Part shown: one piece after another, positions 1-10,103 of the stretch
Layout: each line of letters begins with the position of its first letter
Numbering within the stretch: position 1 is the first letter of the stretch
Assembly (NCBI GenBank): GCA_026396275.1
Contig: JAPLXC010000002.1
Coordinates: 10,618 to 74,617, forward strand
Direction: 5' to 3'
DNA length: 64,000 nt
DNA from: Candidatus Moraniibacteriota bacterium
Lineage (GTDB): Bacteria > Patescibacteriota > Minisyncoccia > Moranbacterales > JAPLXC01
Translations under genes and position numbers: made by a program
Notes under the pieces: model-generated
The model's input: only the letters and a program-made list of their open reading frames with translations
What the model was told of the DNA's origin: nothing
Databases searched by the model: none

Positions 1-1794
1 GTCATTGTTACCGGCCCACACGCCGACTACCAATGACGGCGTATATCCTACCGTCCAGCCGTCCCGAAACTCATTGGTCGTGCCGGTTTTAACTGCCACC
101 GGGCGGTCATCAAAACGGAGAGGGCTGTTTGAGCCGAAAACGGGGGAGCGGTAATCATTGGTGGAAAGAATATGGTCAATCATCGCCACGTATTTTTCTT
201 CAACCACTTTTTCTCCTTCTTCCTGCTTAAATTCTTCCAATACCTCGCTGTGGCTATCCTCTATTTTTAAAACCGCAGTCCGGGGATACCGAACACCTTT
301 GGTGGCTAATGTTCCAAAGGCGCTGGCGTGATCAATGAGCTTTACTTCCCCTCCGCCCAGCACCAGTGAAAGACCATAGCGTTCCGGCTGGTTCAGCCCG
401 GTAATTCCCATTCGTTTGGCAGTAGCAATTGAGTCCTTAACTCCAGCCAGGTACAACGTCTCTACTGCCGGAATGTTGAGCGACATTCCCAGTGCCTCTT
501 TCATTTTGACCGGTCCTCGGAATTTCCCATCGTAATTTCGCGGCTTATATTCTTTTCCGTCCTGGGTCTCAAATTCCGTTTCCATGTCAAAAATCATCGT
601 TTCTGGAGTATAACCCTTGGCAAAGGCAGTAAGATAAACATAGGGCTTAAACGATGATCCCGGCTGGCGATCGCGAATAGCCACGTTTACCTGCCCGTCA
701 ATTGACTTGTCAAAATAATCCTTTGAACCCACCATGGCCAGAATTTGGCCGGTTTTAGTATCAAGAGCCACCAAGGCCGCGTTCTCCGCGCCCCATGCTT
801 TTTGGTTTTTTTCGGCTCCATCTCTCACTGCTTTTTCGGCAATCGACTGCTTTTCCCAGTCCAAAGTGGTATAAACCTTGAGTCCTCCTTGTTCTACTAC
901 CTGCTGTCCGTATTTTGACTCCAGATATTCTTTCACGTACATAACAAAATGGGGGGCATCAATTCGCTCGCGATAGGGAAAAACTTTGCCAAGCACATCG
1001 GTTTTTTTGGCCTCCTCAGATTGATCCTGGGTGATGTATCCCAAATCCACCATTCTTTTCAGTGCCGCTTCCTGCCTTTTTTTCAGTTCCTCAAAATGAG
1101 ATCCGTATGGCGAGTAATAGGTCGGCGCCTTGGGAAGAGCCGCCAGGAGCGCTGCTTCATCAAGAGTCAGCTCCCGAGCGGGTTTTCCGAAATAAGTTTG
1201 CGCTGCCGCTTCAATGCCATAAGCGTTGGAACCGAAAGGAATTTCATTTAAATACATTCCCAAAATCTCATCCTTGGAAAATTTTTGCTCTATCTCAATG
1301 GCTAAAATCACTTCTTTGACTTTGCGAGTCAAAGTCCGCTCGGGGGAAAGAATGGAGTTTTTCACAAATTGCTGGGTTATAGTTGACCCTCCCTGCATCA
1401 CGTCCTGGCGCAAAATATCTTTCATGGCCGCCCGAATAATGGAGGAAAGTTTAATACCGCGATGGGAATAAAAATCCTGGTCCTCAAGAACAATGGTTGC
1501 GTATTTCACCGTATCCGGAATTTCAGAAAAAGAAATAAGAGTCCTTTTTTCTTCTCCATGAACTTCATAAAGAAGATGCTCGCCAGTGCGGTCATAAATT
1601 TTAGTGGATTCAATGATGACTCTTCTGTTTACTTTTCCAGGACTAGGCAGGTCCTTGGCAAAATAGATGAAGGTTCCGGCGACAACGAGAAAAACAAGGC
1701 CAGCCAGATAACCAGCCGCTCTTCCCGCCATTTTCCAGTGCTCTCGGGCGGAAAGGTTTTTGAAATTTTTTACGAAAATGAAGGTGGGTTTCAT
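1..1794 (-). CDS. Class A penicillin-binding protein (PBP1A family), 3' end runs off the window
   Basis: Absent from the ORF track; translated by hand from ATG at 1794 (in-frame TGA just upstream). N-terminal TM helix, transglycosylase motifs (EDQDFY, QGGSTITQQ) and transpeptidase motifs (RQPGSSFKP, SLN, KTGT). Confidence 0.95.
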   Translation of the reverse strand, partial: MKPTFIFVKNFKNLSAREHWKMAGRAAGYLAGLVFLVVAGTFIYFAKDLPSPGKVNRRVIIESTKIYDRTGEHLLYEVHGEEKRTLISFSEIPDTVKYATIVLEDQDFYSHRGIKLSSIIRAAMKDILRQDVMQGGSTITQQFVKNSILSPERTLTRKVKEVILAIEIEQKFSKDEILGMYLNEIPFGSNAYGIEAAAQTYFGKPARELTLDEAALLAALPKAPTYYSPYGSHFEELKKRQEAALKRMVDLGYITQDQSEEAKKTDVLGKVFPYRERIDAPHFVMYVKEYLESKYGQQVVEQGGLKVYTTLDWEKQSIAEKAVRDGAEKNQKAWGAENAALVALDTKTGQILAMVGSKDYFDKSIDGQVNVAIRDRQPGSSFKPYVYLTAFAKGYTPETMIFDMETEFETQDGKEYKPRNYDGKFRGPVKMKEALGMSLNIPAVETLYLAGVKDSIATAKRMGITGLNQPERYGLSLVLGGGEVKLIDHASAFGTLATKGVRYPRTAVLKIEDSHSEVLEEFKQEEGEKVVEEKYVAMIDHILSTNDYRSPVFGSNSPLRFDDRPVAVKTGTTNEFRDGWTVGYTPSLVVGVWAGNND

Positions 1795-1838
1795 AAATCA
1801 TCAGCGTTTATAATTAGCCTTCTTTTCATTAAGGAAAA

Positions 1839-2795
1839 TTAAACATTAAGTCTGCTTTTGAATATTCTTAATAATTCTTTATACAATTTAACCATGTACG
1901 GTTTTTCATTTGGGGTAAAAAATAGACCCGGCATTGAATTCAATTCCACTACCCAGGGCTTTCTCTTTTTGTCAAACATAAAATCAATGGAAAACACTCT
2001 CGGTTCAAAAGTTTCAAAAATTTTATTGGCGTAGTTTACCGCCGCAAAAACTGATTTGGGAATCTTTTTAAACGGTATAATTTTCAGTGTTCCGCCCTGG
2101 GCGAGATTAGCCAGCAAATTTCCTTTCTTGGGCTCGCGAATGTAAGCATAAATCACTTTATTATTTACAAAAACTAATCGAAGATCATGATAATAATTAC
2201 TTACACCGGGAACGCCAAAAGAAGAATCAATAAACTCCTGGGCAAGATAAACTTTGTCTAAAAGAGCTTTGGAAATTGCTTCTTTTTTATTTAGTATTTG
2301 TATATCCTTACCGCCACTTTCCAAAAGGGGCTTTAGAACGACTTTATTAGTTTTTATTTTTGGCAAAACCTTCCTTAATTCTTCCTTGTTATTCACCAGC
2401 CAGCATTTTTTGCTCCATTTTTCGAAAAAAAGACTGGTGATAAATTTGTCGTCAACGAGCTGGGTAAATTGCAAATCATTAATGAATGGATAATTTTCTT
2501 CGATTAGTTCTTTTTTATAATAGACTTCGAGGCGAGCTTTTGTTTTGTCATAAATCAAATCCGGTTTCAAATTTTTTACCTTTTTCCATTTTGCTCCTTC
2601 ACCCTCGAAAACCCAGGCGTACCTAAAAATATTCTTTTGGTAATCATACCACTCGTAGGAGGCGCGATATATCTGAATCCCATTTATTCTGCAAAGATTA
2701 TAAAAATACTCGTAAGAATATTGATATTGCTTGTTTTTAAATGGTTTAGCAGATCGCCAATCACTTTTGCCGAATAATATTAAAACTTTTTTCAT
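1839..2795 (-). CDS. ATP-grasp ligase (RimK/YheC-D-like)
   Basis: DDKF, VVLKP..ESGGKDI, QEFI, DLRLV, ANLAQGG, IDF..VVELNSMPG ATP-grasp motifs. Confidence 0.8.
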   Translation of the reverse strand: MKKVLILFGKSDWRSAKPFKNKQYQYSYEYFYNLCRINGIQIYRASYEWYDYQKNIFRYAWVFEGEGAKWKKVKNLKPDLIYDKTKARLEVYYKKELIEENYPFINDLQFTQLVDDKFITSLFFEKWSKKCWLVNNKEELRKVLPKIKTNKVVLKPLLESGGKDIQILNKKEAISKALLDKVYLAQEFIDSSFGVPGVSNYYHDLRLVFVNNKVIYAYIREPKKGNLLANLAQGGTLKIIPFKKIPKSVFAAVNYANKIFETFEPRVFSIDFMFDKKRKPWVVELNSMPGLFFTPNEKPYMVKLYKELLRIFKSRLNV

Positions 2796-2868
2796 ACTTT
2801 TCTGTCGTCTATTTATATTAACTACGACTTAGACCAACAACGTAAAGGTCTATATATAACAAAATTAG

Positions 2869-3852
2869 TTATTTAATCTTTAGCTTGGGGAAAAGATTTT
2901 TCAATATTTTTCCTGAGACATCAATTCCGGCTCCTTCTACTAAGGGACTCTCGCTCATATTGTAAAATGGATTAGAGTTTATTTCCAAAATGACATAATT
3001 TTTTTTCGAAGAAAGATTATTGGTCATCAAATCCACGCCTCCCCACGAAAGTCCGGATGCCTGGATAGATTTTACGCAAGTTTTTTTAAGAAATGCGCTC
3101 ATTTTATTGGTGCTTTCAATGGCTCTTCCGCCATCAGACATATTGAGATTATCTCTTAGCTTAAGCTTGGTATTTTTTATTAGTATGCTGTTTAAAGTAA
3201 GGTTATTTTTAGAGAGCGTTTTCTTAGCTACCTTGTCTATTTTTATCTCAAATCCTTTTTTTCTCTTTTTATTAAAAATGTTTACGAGCTCTTGAATTGT
3301 AGAAATACCATCACCCACAATGGTTGCTGGGATTTTTTTCACACAGGAAATAACCTCTCCATCAAAAACTAAGACTCGATATTCATCCCCGATATACATC
3401 TCTTCGATTAGAAATTTGTCGGATCGCAACCACTTTCTAATCTCACGACTATTAATAAGACGAACGGCTGTTTTTAGCTCTTTTTTTGATCGTACATTCC
3501 AAGTTACCCCCTTGGCACATGTTCCGTCAATCGGCTTGGCAATGAACGGATATTTTATTTTTTCTTTTCGGATTAAATTTATTGCCTCGCCATAGGAACT
3601 GGCTACAATCCCTTTGGGAGTTCGTATGTCCATAAGACCAAGAATTGTTTTAGTTAGATCTTTATTAACAACCAATCTGGCCGGATGGACCGACAATGGG
3701 ATAATTCCCATGCGAGAAAAAATAACGTCCTCTCCCAAATAAAATTTTACTAAAGAAAATCGGCCAGGATAAAATTTTACCTTAATTCCTAATTCCAGCG
3801 CTCTTTTGACAAGAGAAGCAAATCCTCCATGAGCTATTTCTTTTTTAATCAT
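2869..3852 (-). CDS. ATP-grasp ligase resembling the cyanophycin synthetase/GshAB ATP-grasp domain
   Basis: NKDLTK, IAKP.DG..AKGV, EYRVLV, PATIVGDG.STI.EL, NMSDGG, GVDL, ILEINSNP. Confidence 0.8.
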   Translation of the reverse strand: MIKKEIAHGGFASLVKRALELGIKVKFYPGRFSLVKFYLGEDVIFSRMGIIPLSVHPARLVVNKDLTKTILGLMDIRTPKGIVASSYGEAINLIRKEKIKYPFIAKPIDGTCAKGVTWNVRSKKELKTAVRLINSREIRKWLRSDKFLIEEMYIGDEYRVLVFDGEVISCVKKIPATIVGDGISTIQELVNIFNKKRKKGFEIKIDKVAKKTLSKNNLTLNSILIKNTKLKLRDNLNMSDGGRAIESTNKMSAFLKKTCVKSIQASGLSWGGVDLMTNNLSSKKNYVILEINSNPFYNMSESPLVEGAGIDVSGKILKNLFPKLKIK

Positions 3853-3869
3853 CTGGCTGTTTATAAATT

Positions 3870-5318
3870 TTATTTATTCACATCAACTAAAAATTTTCCT
3901 AAATTTCTCTTTCCTATGATTACGGGATATTTTAAATGAGACCGTTCAATTATGGAAATTTTAGCAGGAATAACCTTCTCGCCTATCATAATATCTATTT
4001 TCACCATTGGACGATAAGTTGTTCCGTGTGATGAATGGATAATGGCCGTGTCAGCTAAATCCGGTATTTCTTTAAGAAGCTGCTCTTTATTTTGATTGTC
4101 AATTTCTCTTGCTTTTTCAGGAGTTAACAGATCAGGAAAGTTTTTCCTTTGAAACTTTTCCATTACTTCTTTAAATCCTAATTGTTCTGCAATATCCTTA
4201 TCAATGGAAGAAAATCCGGCTCCAGTATCAATTCGCGCTTCCACTTCAACTTCCTTTTCCTCTTTTCCAATTAATTTTACTTTTTCAACCGTGCCAATAA
4301 CTTTTCTTCCGGAAATATCCTCGATCTCGCCTTCAATTTCTCCTCCGAAAAGGTTCATTCCGACCCGGATTCCCCGCTCGGCGGTTTTAATTTTTATATC
4401 TGCGATTCTTTCCAATCTCCTTTTCAAGCCCGCGAGATTGGCGATTTGAATGGAAAGACCCGGTCGGGCGTTGAGTTCCAGAAAAACCGGACCGCGCTCG
4501 CGATCAATAGCAATATCGGCTCCTAAAAATCCTAATCCTGAAATCTCTTGAGTACGGACTGCCAACTTCAGAATATCATTCCAGTAGGGAATTTTGATTC
4601 CTGATAAAAGCAGGCGAGTGTCCGGAACATACTCAATGATTTTCCCTTTTCCTAAAACGGCAGTGGTAGTTACGCCGGAAGCTAAGTCAATCCCGACGCC
4701 AATTGCCCCTTGTTGGAGATTGGCCTTACCTTGCGATTCCTTAGTAGGAAGCCGGAGCATTGCCATTACCGGAACTTTGTTATAGACAATTACCCGGATA
4801 TCGGGAATTCCCCGATAAGCGTAGGGCTTGAATAGTTTGAGAAGCTGAAGACGCTCTTCAAAAAAAGCCGTGTCGGGAATATTGGAAAGAGAAAATGAAC
4901 CATCAATGATATTACGAATGTGATTTTTCAGGTCCTCAATGGTAACTAACGATCCATCTGCTTTAATCCAGGTATCTTCCAGTTCCCCGCCTGCATCCTG
5001 TCCGGGGTAGGAAGCATCGCGGGCAGGCTTTTTCTTTCCATAAACAACCAGAATTCCCTCGCCGCCAAATCCGCGGTTGGGCTTCAAAGCGAAACTCGTC
5101 GGTAGGATGCTCCAGTCAAATTTTTCCAGATCCTCAAGAGTTGTTATTCTGGCAATCAGTCGGGGAACAGGAATTTCATTCTTTTTTAAAATTCTCTTAC
5201 TTAGAATCTTGTTATCAGCTATCCGCTTGGCTTTTTTGAGGTTAAAAGGGCGGATGTACTGAAGATTGCGGGAATTCATTCCCAAGATCTGGCCGGTTTT
5301 TCGAAAAAACTTGAACAT
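3870..5318 (-). CDS. Alpha-L-glutamate ligase-like ATP-grasp protein fused to a C-terminal RimK-associated retropepsin-like protease
   Basis: LGMNSRN, KPNRGFGGEGI, PDIRVIV, MAMLRLPT, ANLQQG, ELNARPGL.IQ.AN. C-terminal ARIDTGA..SSI, RP.V and IGKR.L. Confidence 0.85.
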   Translation of the reverse strand: MFKFFRKTGQILGMNSRNLQYIRPFNLKKAKRIADNKILSKRILKKNEIPVPRLIARITTLEDLEKFDWSILPTSFALKPNRGFGGEGILVVYGKKKPARDASYPGQDAGGELEDTWIKADGSLVTIEDLKNHIRNIIDGSFSLSNIPDTAFFEERLQLLKLFKPYAYRGIPDIRVIVYNKVPVMAMLRLPTKESQGKANLQQGAIGVGIDLASGVTTTAVLGKGKIIEYVPDTRLLLSGIKIPYWNDILKLAVRTQEISGLGFLGADIAIDRERGPVFLELNARPGLSIQIANLAGLKRRLERIADIKIKTAERGIRVGMNLFGGEIEGEIEDISGRKVIGTVEKVKLIGKEEKEVEVEARIDTGAGFSSIDKDIAEQLGFKEVMEKFQRKNFPDLLTPEKAREIDNQNKEQLLKEIPDLADTAIIHSSHGTTYRPMVKIDIMIGEKVIPAKISIIERSHLKYPVIIGKRNLGKFLVDVNK

Positions 5319-5321
5319 AAT

Positions 5322-5972
5322 TTATAGTTTTTTAAACACTTCCCGAAAACGCAGGTATTCAATCAAGCGTAGTCCAGTCCATTTCCCCAAAAATATATTA
5401 ATTAAAATTACAAGCAAAACAATCCAAGGGAAAGAGATAATTAGGATTCTTAAAAGCTCCCACTTTGCCAGATAATACCCTCCCAGAGAAATAAGGAGTG
5501 TTTCCAGCGCCAGAATAAAAGCTGTTCTGTTTCCTTTTTCAATCTGGGCCGCTACGAATTTTTCTACAATGGTGATCATAATAAGTAAGGGAAAAATGGA
5601 AACGGCGGCGAGACCCGTCCGATGCTGCGATCCTCCAACGACTAAAATTCCCAAGATTGCCAAGGCAACGATGCTTAATGTTATTGCTACTCGAGGCAGA
5701 TAAAGTATTCTTAATTTTTTTAGCAGGTAACGAACCAGCATTCCGACTAAAATGACGCTCACGAAAATAGCAATTCCGTATTTCAGTCCGGTTGCTAAAA
5801 AAGCAAAAATCACGATCGAAGGAGTATAAATGCCGAAGGCCTTAATTCCCACTACCTGGCGGAGAAAGGCAATGAGGGTGGCGATGATCGGAAACATCAG
5901 CAGAAGAATCACGGTATCAAGCGGAACACCTTGGGAGATAAAATATTGAGTAATTGGGCTGATATTATTCAT
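5322..5972 (-). CDS. 7TM membrane protein (7TM domain of the inactive-transglutaminase family)
   Basis: LRQVVGIKAFGIYTP, LPRVA, FPLLIM..VEKF and GKWTGLRL.EY.RF match the usual partner of alpha-L-glutamate ligase-like genes. Confidence 0.85.
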   Translation of the reverse strand: MNNISPITQYFISQGVPLDTVILLLMFPIIATLIAFLRQVVGIKAFGIYTPSIVIFAFLATGLKYGIAIFVSVILVGMLVRYLLKKLRILYLPRVAITLSIVALAILGILVVGGSQHRTGLAAVSIFPLLIMITIVEKFVAAQIEKGNRTAFILALETLLISLGGYYLAKWELLRILIISFPWIVLLVILINIFLGKWTGLRLIEYLRFREVFKKL

Positions 5973-6098
5973 ATTTTTTAGTTATTGGTTATTAGTTAAA
6001 AGCGGTTGTTTTGGTCTAAAGTTTAAGGTTATTGGACAATTTTGATCAGCAGACCATGATTAATTACTAAACCAGAAGCTAAAACTGACAACTAATGA

Positions 6099-6587
6099 CT
6101 ATCTATCTAGATTCTTGAACTTTCTACTATGTATATGGCATATGGCAATCGCCAGCGCGTCAGCAACATCATCCGGTTTGGGAATTTGTTTCAGCTTCAA
6201 AATATTTTTCACCATTAATTGAACCTGCCTCTTTTCCGCCCGGCCGTAACCAGTAATCGCTTGTTTCACCTGGAGCGGCGTGTATTCAGCAATTCTAATT
6301 TCTTGCTTTTCCAAAGTCAAGAGAATGGCGCCTCTGGCTTGGCTGACTTTCACTGCGGTCTTCAGATTTTTAAAAAAGAAAATATCTTCAACGGCCGACT
6401 CCTGAGGATTATATTTTTTTATAATTTTTTCAATGTCTTTGCTTATTTCTTTAAGCCGTTCGGCCGTTTGTTTTTTCGAGGATGTGCTAATGTGCCCCCA
6501 GGCGTCAGGAGTCAATCTCCCTTTATTTTCAGAAATAACAGCCCACCCCACTGTTGCCGTACCCGGATCTATCCCCAGTATTTTCAT
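6099..6587 (-). CDS. ruvC: Holliday junction resolvase RuvC
   Basis: ILGIDPG, E..FF.KN, YTP.QVK.A.TGYG.AEK.QV, DD.ADALA.A. Confidence 0.97.
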   Translation of the reverse strand: MKILGIDPGTATVGWAVISENKGRLTPDAWGHISTSSKKQTAERLKEISKDIEKIIKKYNPQESAVEDIFFFKNLKTAVKVSQARGAILLTLEKQEIRIAEYTPLQVKQAITGYGRAEKRQVQLMVKNILKLKQIPKPDDVADALAIAICHIHSRKFKNLDR

Positions 6588-6601
6588 ACAAAGTCGACTA
6601 T

Positions 6602-7339
6602 TTATAAATTATCAAAGATTTCTTGAACATCGTCTTGGTTATCAAGCGCTTCCAAAAGTTTTTCATAGTCCAGCTTTGTATCCTGATCTAAAGAAATTTT
6701 CTGAAGCGGGGCAAATACAAGACCGGCGTTTTCAATTGATACTTTATGCTTTTCTAAATGTTCTTTTACTTTCTGTAACTCTTCTGATTTCGTAAAAACC
6801 GTTAAAGTTCCGCCGGAATAAATTATGTCTTCTGCGCCTGCTTCAATGGCTTTCAATTCCAGCTCATATGGGTCTTCATCAGCTCCTACTGGAATATTAA
6901 TATTTCCCACTTGCTTAAAAAGATAACTTACTGAACCAGCGGGGACTAATTTGCCTCCGGCTTTAGTTAAAATATTTTTTAACTCTCCGAGTGTCCGATT
7001 TTTATTATCCGTCGCGGTTTTAATGAGCATTGCCACCTGCCCGGAACCACCCGCCTGCTGTACGGGCAGGTAGGCCTCATAAATTACTTCTTCCACTGTT
7101 TCGCCTTTAAGCTCGCCGGTTCCTCGCTTGATAGCCCGCTCAATATTTTCCTTCGGCATGTTAACACTTTTGGCTTGGTCAATGGCTAACTTTAATTTCC
7201 AGTTTGTTTCCGGATTGCTCCCGCCTTCCCGAGAAGCAATGGAAATTGCCCGTCCGAATTTGGTAAAAACATTCGCTCGCTTGGCATCCGTTATCGCCTT
7301 TTTATGTTTTATTCCCGCCCAATGGGAGTGACCTGACAT
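6602..7339 (-). CDS. yebC: YebC/PmpR family protein carrying a 7-aa palindrome-derived insertion
   Basis: Start MSGHSHW at 7339; MPKENIERAI, TDNKNRT; sits next to ruvC. Confidence 0.95.
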   Translation of the reverse strand: MSGHSHWAGIKHKKAITDAKRANVFTKFGRAISIASREGGSNPETNWKLKLAIDQAKSVNMPKENIERAIKRGTGELKGETVEEVIYEAYLPVQQAGGSGQVAMLIKTATDNKNRTLGELKNILTKAGGKLVPAGSVSYLFKQVGNINIPVGADEDPYELELKAIEAGAEDIIYSGGTLTVFTKSEELQKVKEHLEKHKVSIENAGLVFAPLQKISLDQDTKLDYEKLLEALDNQDDVQEIFDNL

Positions 7340-7544
7340 ATGATCATGAAGCATAAAACATATAACATGCGGCAGGCCTGATTTCTTAATTTGTTACATG
7401 TCTCATGTTGTATGTTATATGATACAATGATAGCATTTTAAAGGCCTAATTTCAAGAAAAAGTCGCCTCTCCTTTTTGTTTTTAATACTGTTAACTTTTG
7501 CTGCATATACAACGAAAGTTAACAGACTAATGACAAAGGAATGA

Positions 7545-9500
7545 TCACCAACTGGAAATTAATAGAATTGCTTTATTAATAAAGAAGTTTATCTCTGTTC
7601 CTAAGTTTTTGAAAAATTTTACTGCGTAGTGTTCTTCTTCCAAAATCGGAGAAGTGAAGGTGTAAATATTTTCCTCGCTTCTGACCGTTTTGGCACCCAA
7701 AACTCTGCCTTGGTTACCCTGAACATAGCTGGCCAGTTTAATATTCGTCCCATAATTGAATAGCTCGTTTTGTTTTTCCTCGCCGGATAAATCCTCCGAC
7801 TGCCCGTCCATAAATTCTTCAAAATCTTCTTCTTCAATGACTTCATTTTCCTGTGTTTCTGTTTCTACGTTTTCTTGTTCTTCTGTTTTTATGTTTTTTG
7901 GTGATTTGATCCACTGCCATCCGCTTTCCATCTTTTTGTAAACCTCGTTTTCCTCCGCTTTTTTCCCGTCCTTGTCATATTTAACTTGATAAGCTTTTTT
8001 GCCATCCGGATAGCGCAATTCTACTTTTCCTTTTTCATTATTAAGAGCAAAGCTCACGTATTTTCTGGTGATTATTCTTTCTTCTCCCGGACTAATACTA
8101 AAATCGTCCTTGATCCAATGATTGTAAAGTTTTTTGGACCCGGTGGCGATGCTCCAGCTTTTGAGATTGATTTCGTCATCCGAATAGTTTTTAACTGATA
8201 CCCATTCATTCTTGCTATCATTGCCGACGGGATTTGGGCAGATTGATTTTATCTTTACTTTATCGCGGGGAAATTTTTTGACTTTAATCTTAAAAGTTTC
8301 AATTTTTTCTTCACTACCATCAAATATCTTGAGAGTCACTTTGTATTTCCCGGCCTTTTCGTATTTGTGCTTCGTTTCCTTTTTGTAACTCTTGTGGCCA
8401 TCCCCAAAATCCCAGGTGTATTTTAACTTATCTTTATCCTTGTCCTTGGCTTTGGCGGAAAATTCGGCATAGACCCCGACATAAATTTTTTTGTCATTCT
8501 TGGACTTGGAATCAGGCAATTGATTAAATTTATTTTCTTCCCCGGGAGTCAAAAACCGGCTCCAGCGCCAAGACGCGCCGTCGAAATTGTAAGAAACACC
8601 TTCTTTGGCACTTCCCTTATATTCAACTGAGGAAACTGGGATTTTGTCCTGTGGATTATAAAGTTTTAAGATCTCTCCACTAGTATCATTAAGAGCAAGC
8701 TCACAATTTGTATTGCCTTTTCCGATTAGTAAAAAACCATTGCCTGAAATTTCTTTTCCGGAAAGATCGCATTTCTTGCCGGCTCGGTCTTCAATCCGCC
8801 AATTAGTTAATTTTTCAAGCTTATCACTGGAATTATACAGTTCAACAAATTCGTCTTGCGTCAGAGGATCATTCGGATGAGGATATATCTCATTTATACT
8901 GATTTTTTCCGTGTATACTTTTGGTTTTGAAGCTTTCTTTCCCGGTGTTCCTCCAGGATCATAGCTTTCCTGCCAGTTATAACTATTTTCCATTCTTTCA
9001 ATACTGTAATTTTTTATTGGATTTGAGAGATTATATGAACATTTTTGGGAATTTCCCCAACAAATTAAATCAATAACATCAACGTTTTTAGTCGCCGAGG
9101 TACTGATATATACCGCTCCGTTTGAAACAAGTGAAGCGGAATAAACCGTACCGATCGTCGTTTCTTGTTTATATTTTTCATAATAATCAACGGAGGAGAT
9201 CAGATAATAGTTCCCCGCTTCAATAATAGAATTTTTGAAAGAAAGCGTTTTATTAGTATCGGTTCCAGCGGAATTAACAATATGCAGTTTTAAGGGTAGG
9301 GTCTGCAGATTAATATCGTCATCGGTTGGATTGAACAGTTCAATAAATTCCTCGTTGGCTGAATTGGTGCCGATTAAAACTTCAGAGATAATTAATTGAT
9401 TAAAATTTTTCGCCAGAATAGGTTGGGAAAAACCAAAAAATCCCGCTGTAAGCAGGATTGAAAACAAAAATAAATTTACTTTTGTATTTTTGTTTTTCAC
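7545..9500 (-). CDS. Secreted lamin-tail-domain / PKD domain protein
   Basis: Signal peptide; repeated I.I.E..../EF.ELYN/TPG LTD motifs; PKD motif YTWDFGDG. Confidence 0.8.
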   Translation of the reverse strand: MKNKNTKVNLFLFSILLTAGFFGFSQPILAKNFNQLIISEVLIGTNSANEEFIELFNPTDDDINLQTLPLKLHIVNSAGTDTNKTLSFKNSIIEAGNYYLISSVDYYEKYKQETTIGTVYSASLVSNGAVYISTSATKNVDVIDLICWGNSQKCSYNLSNPIKNYSIERMENSYNWQESYDPGGTPGKKASKPKVYTEKISINEIYPHPNDPLTQDEFVELYNSSDKLEKLTNWRIEDRAGKKCDLSGKEISGNGFLLIGKGNTNCELALNDTSGEILKLYNPQDKIPVSSVEYKGSAKEGVSYNFDGASWRWSRFLTPGEENKFNQLPDSKSKNDKKIYVGVYAEFSAKAKDKDKDKLKYTWDFGDGHKSYKKETKHKYEKAGKYKVTLKIFDGSEEKIETFKIKVKKFPRDKVKIKSICPNPVGNDSKNEWVSVKNYSDDEINLKSWSIATGSKKLYNHWIKDDFSISPGEERIITRKYVSFALNNEKGKVELRYPDGKKAYQVKYDKDGKKAEENEVYKKMESGWQWIKSPKNIKTEEQENVETETQENEVIEEEDFEEFMDGQSEDLSGEEKQNELFNYGTNIKLASYVQGNQGRVLGAKTVRSEENIYTFTSPILEEEHYAVKFFKNLGTEINFFINKAILLISSW

Positions 9501-9518
9501 CCGAATTTATATTTTTTT

Positions 9519-10094
9519 CTATTGTTTTATTTTTTCCATTATTTCTCCCAGTTCATTCACCCTCTTTGCTTCCTGCTGTTTCTGCAAGTCCATAACGATG
9601 CTTTTTATGCCGTAAGGATCGGGAATCTGGCGGAAAATAAATCGCTCCTCTTCTCCAGCTGTCTGAATATGAACGTCTCCATAGTTAAGAATAGTTGGAA
9701 AAAATCCTTCCACCTCGGCTGTTACATCCTGAATTTTGGCGAATTTTAGTTCGCTTACCTGACGCATAAAAAGCCCTTTTTGCTCAATATTCACTACCCG
9801 CTCAGAGGTAATGATCCAGACGTCAAAATAGTAATCAATCCAGACAAAAAACGCATAGATCCAGATAAAGAGGACAAAAATGGTCTCTAAAAAAAGCATT
9901 AGAGCATAAAAGTTATTCTGCTGAAAAACAGAAAACAGCGCCGGCAAGACAAAAAATCCTGACGCCAGAGCCGCGACCAGAAAAATAACAATAAAAAACT
10001 GCTGAAGAATGTCAAACCAGTGGCGATGGATAACTTTAATTATCCTCTCCTGCTCGCCTATCTCTTTAAAATGAAACGCGTGCAATCTTTTCAT
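9519..10094 (-). CDS. Membrane protein with bacterial PH domain
   Basis: Two TM helices followed by IITSERVV.IEQ.GLF...KIQDV...NYG.V.IQTAG. Confidence 0.8.
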   Translation of the reverse strand: MKRLHAFHFKEIGEQERIIKVIHRHWFDILQQFFIVIFLVAALASGFFVLPALFSVFQQNNFYALMLFLETIFVLFIWIYAFFVWIDYYFDVWIITSERVVNIEQKGLFMRQVSELKFAKIQDVTAEVEGFFPTILNYGDVHIQTAGEEERFIFRQIPDPYGIKSIVMDLQKQQEAKRVNELGEIMEKIKQ

Positions 10095-10103
10095 TGTCGT
10101 GCT

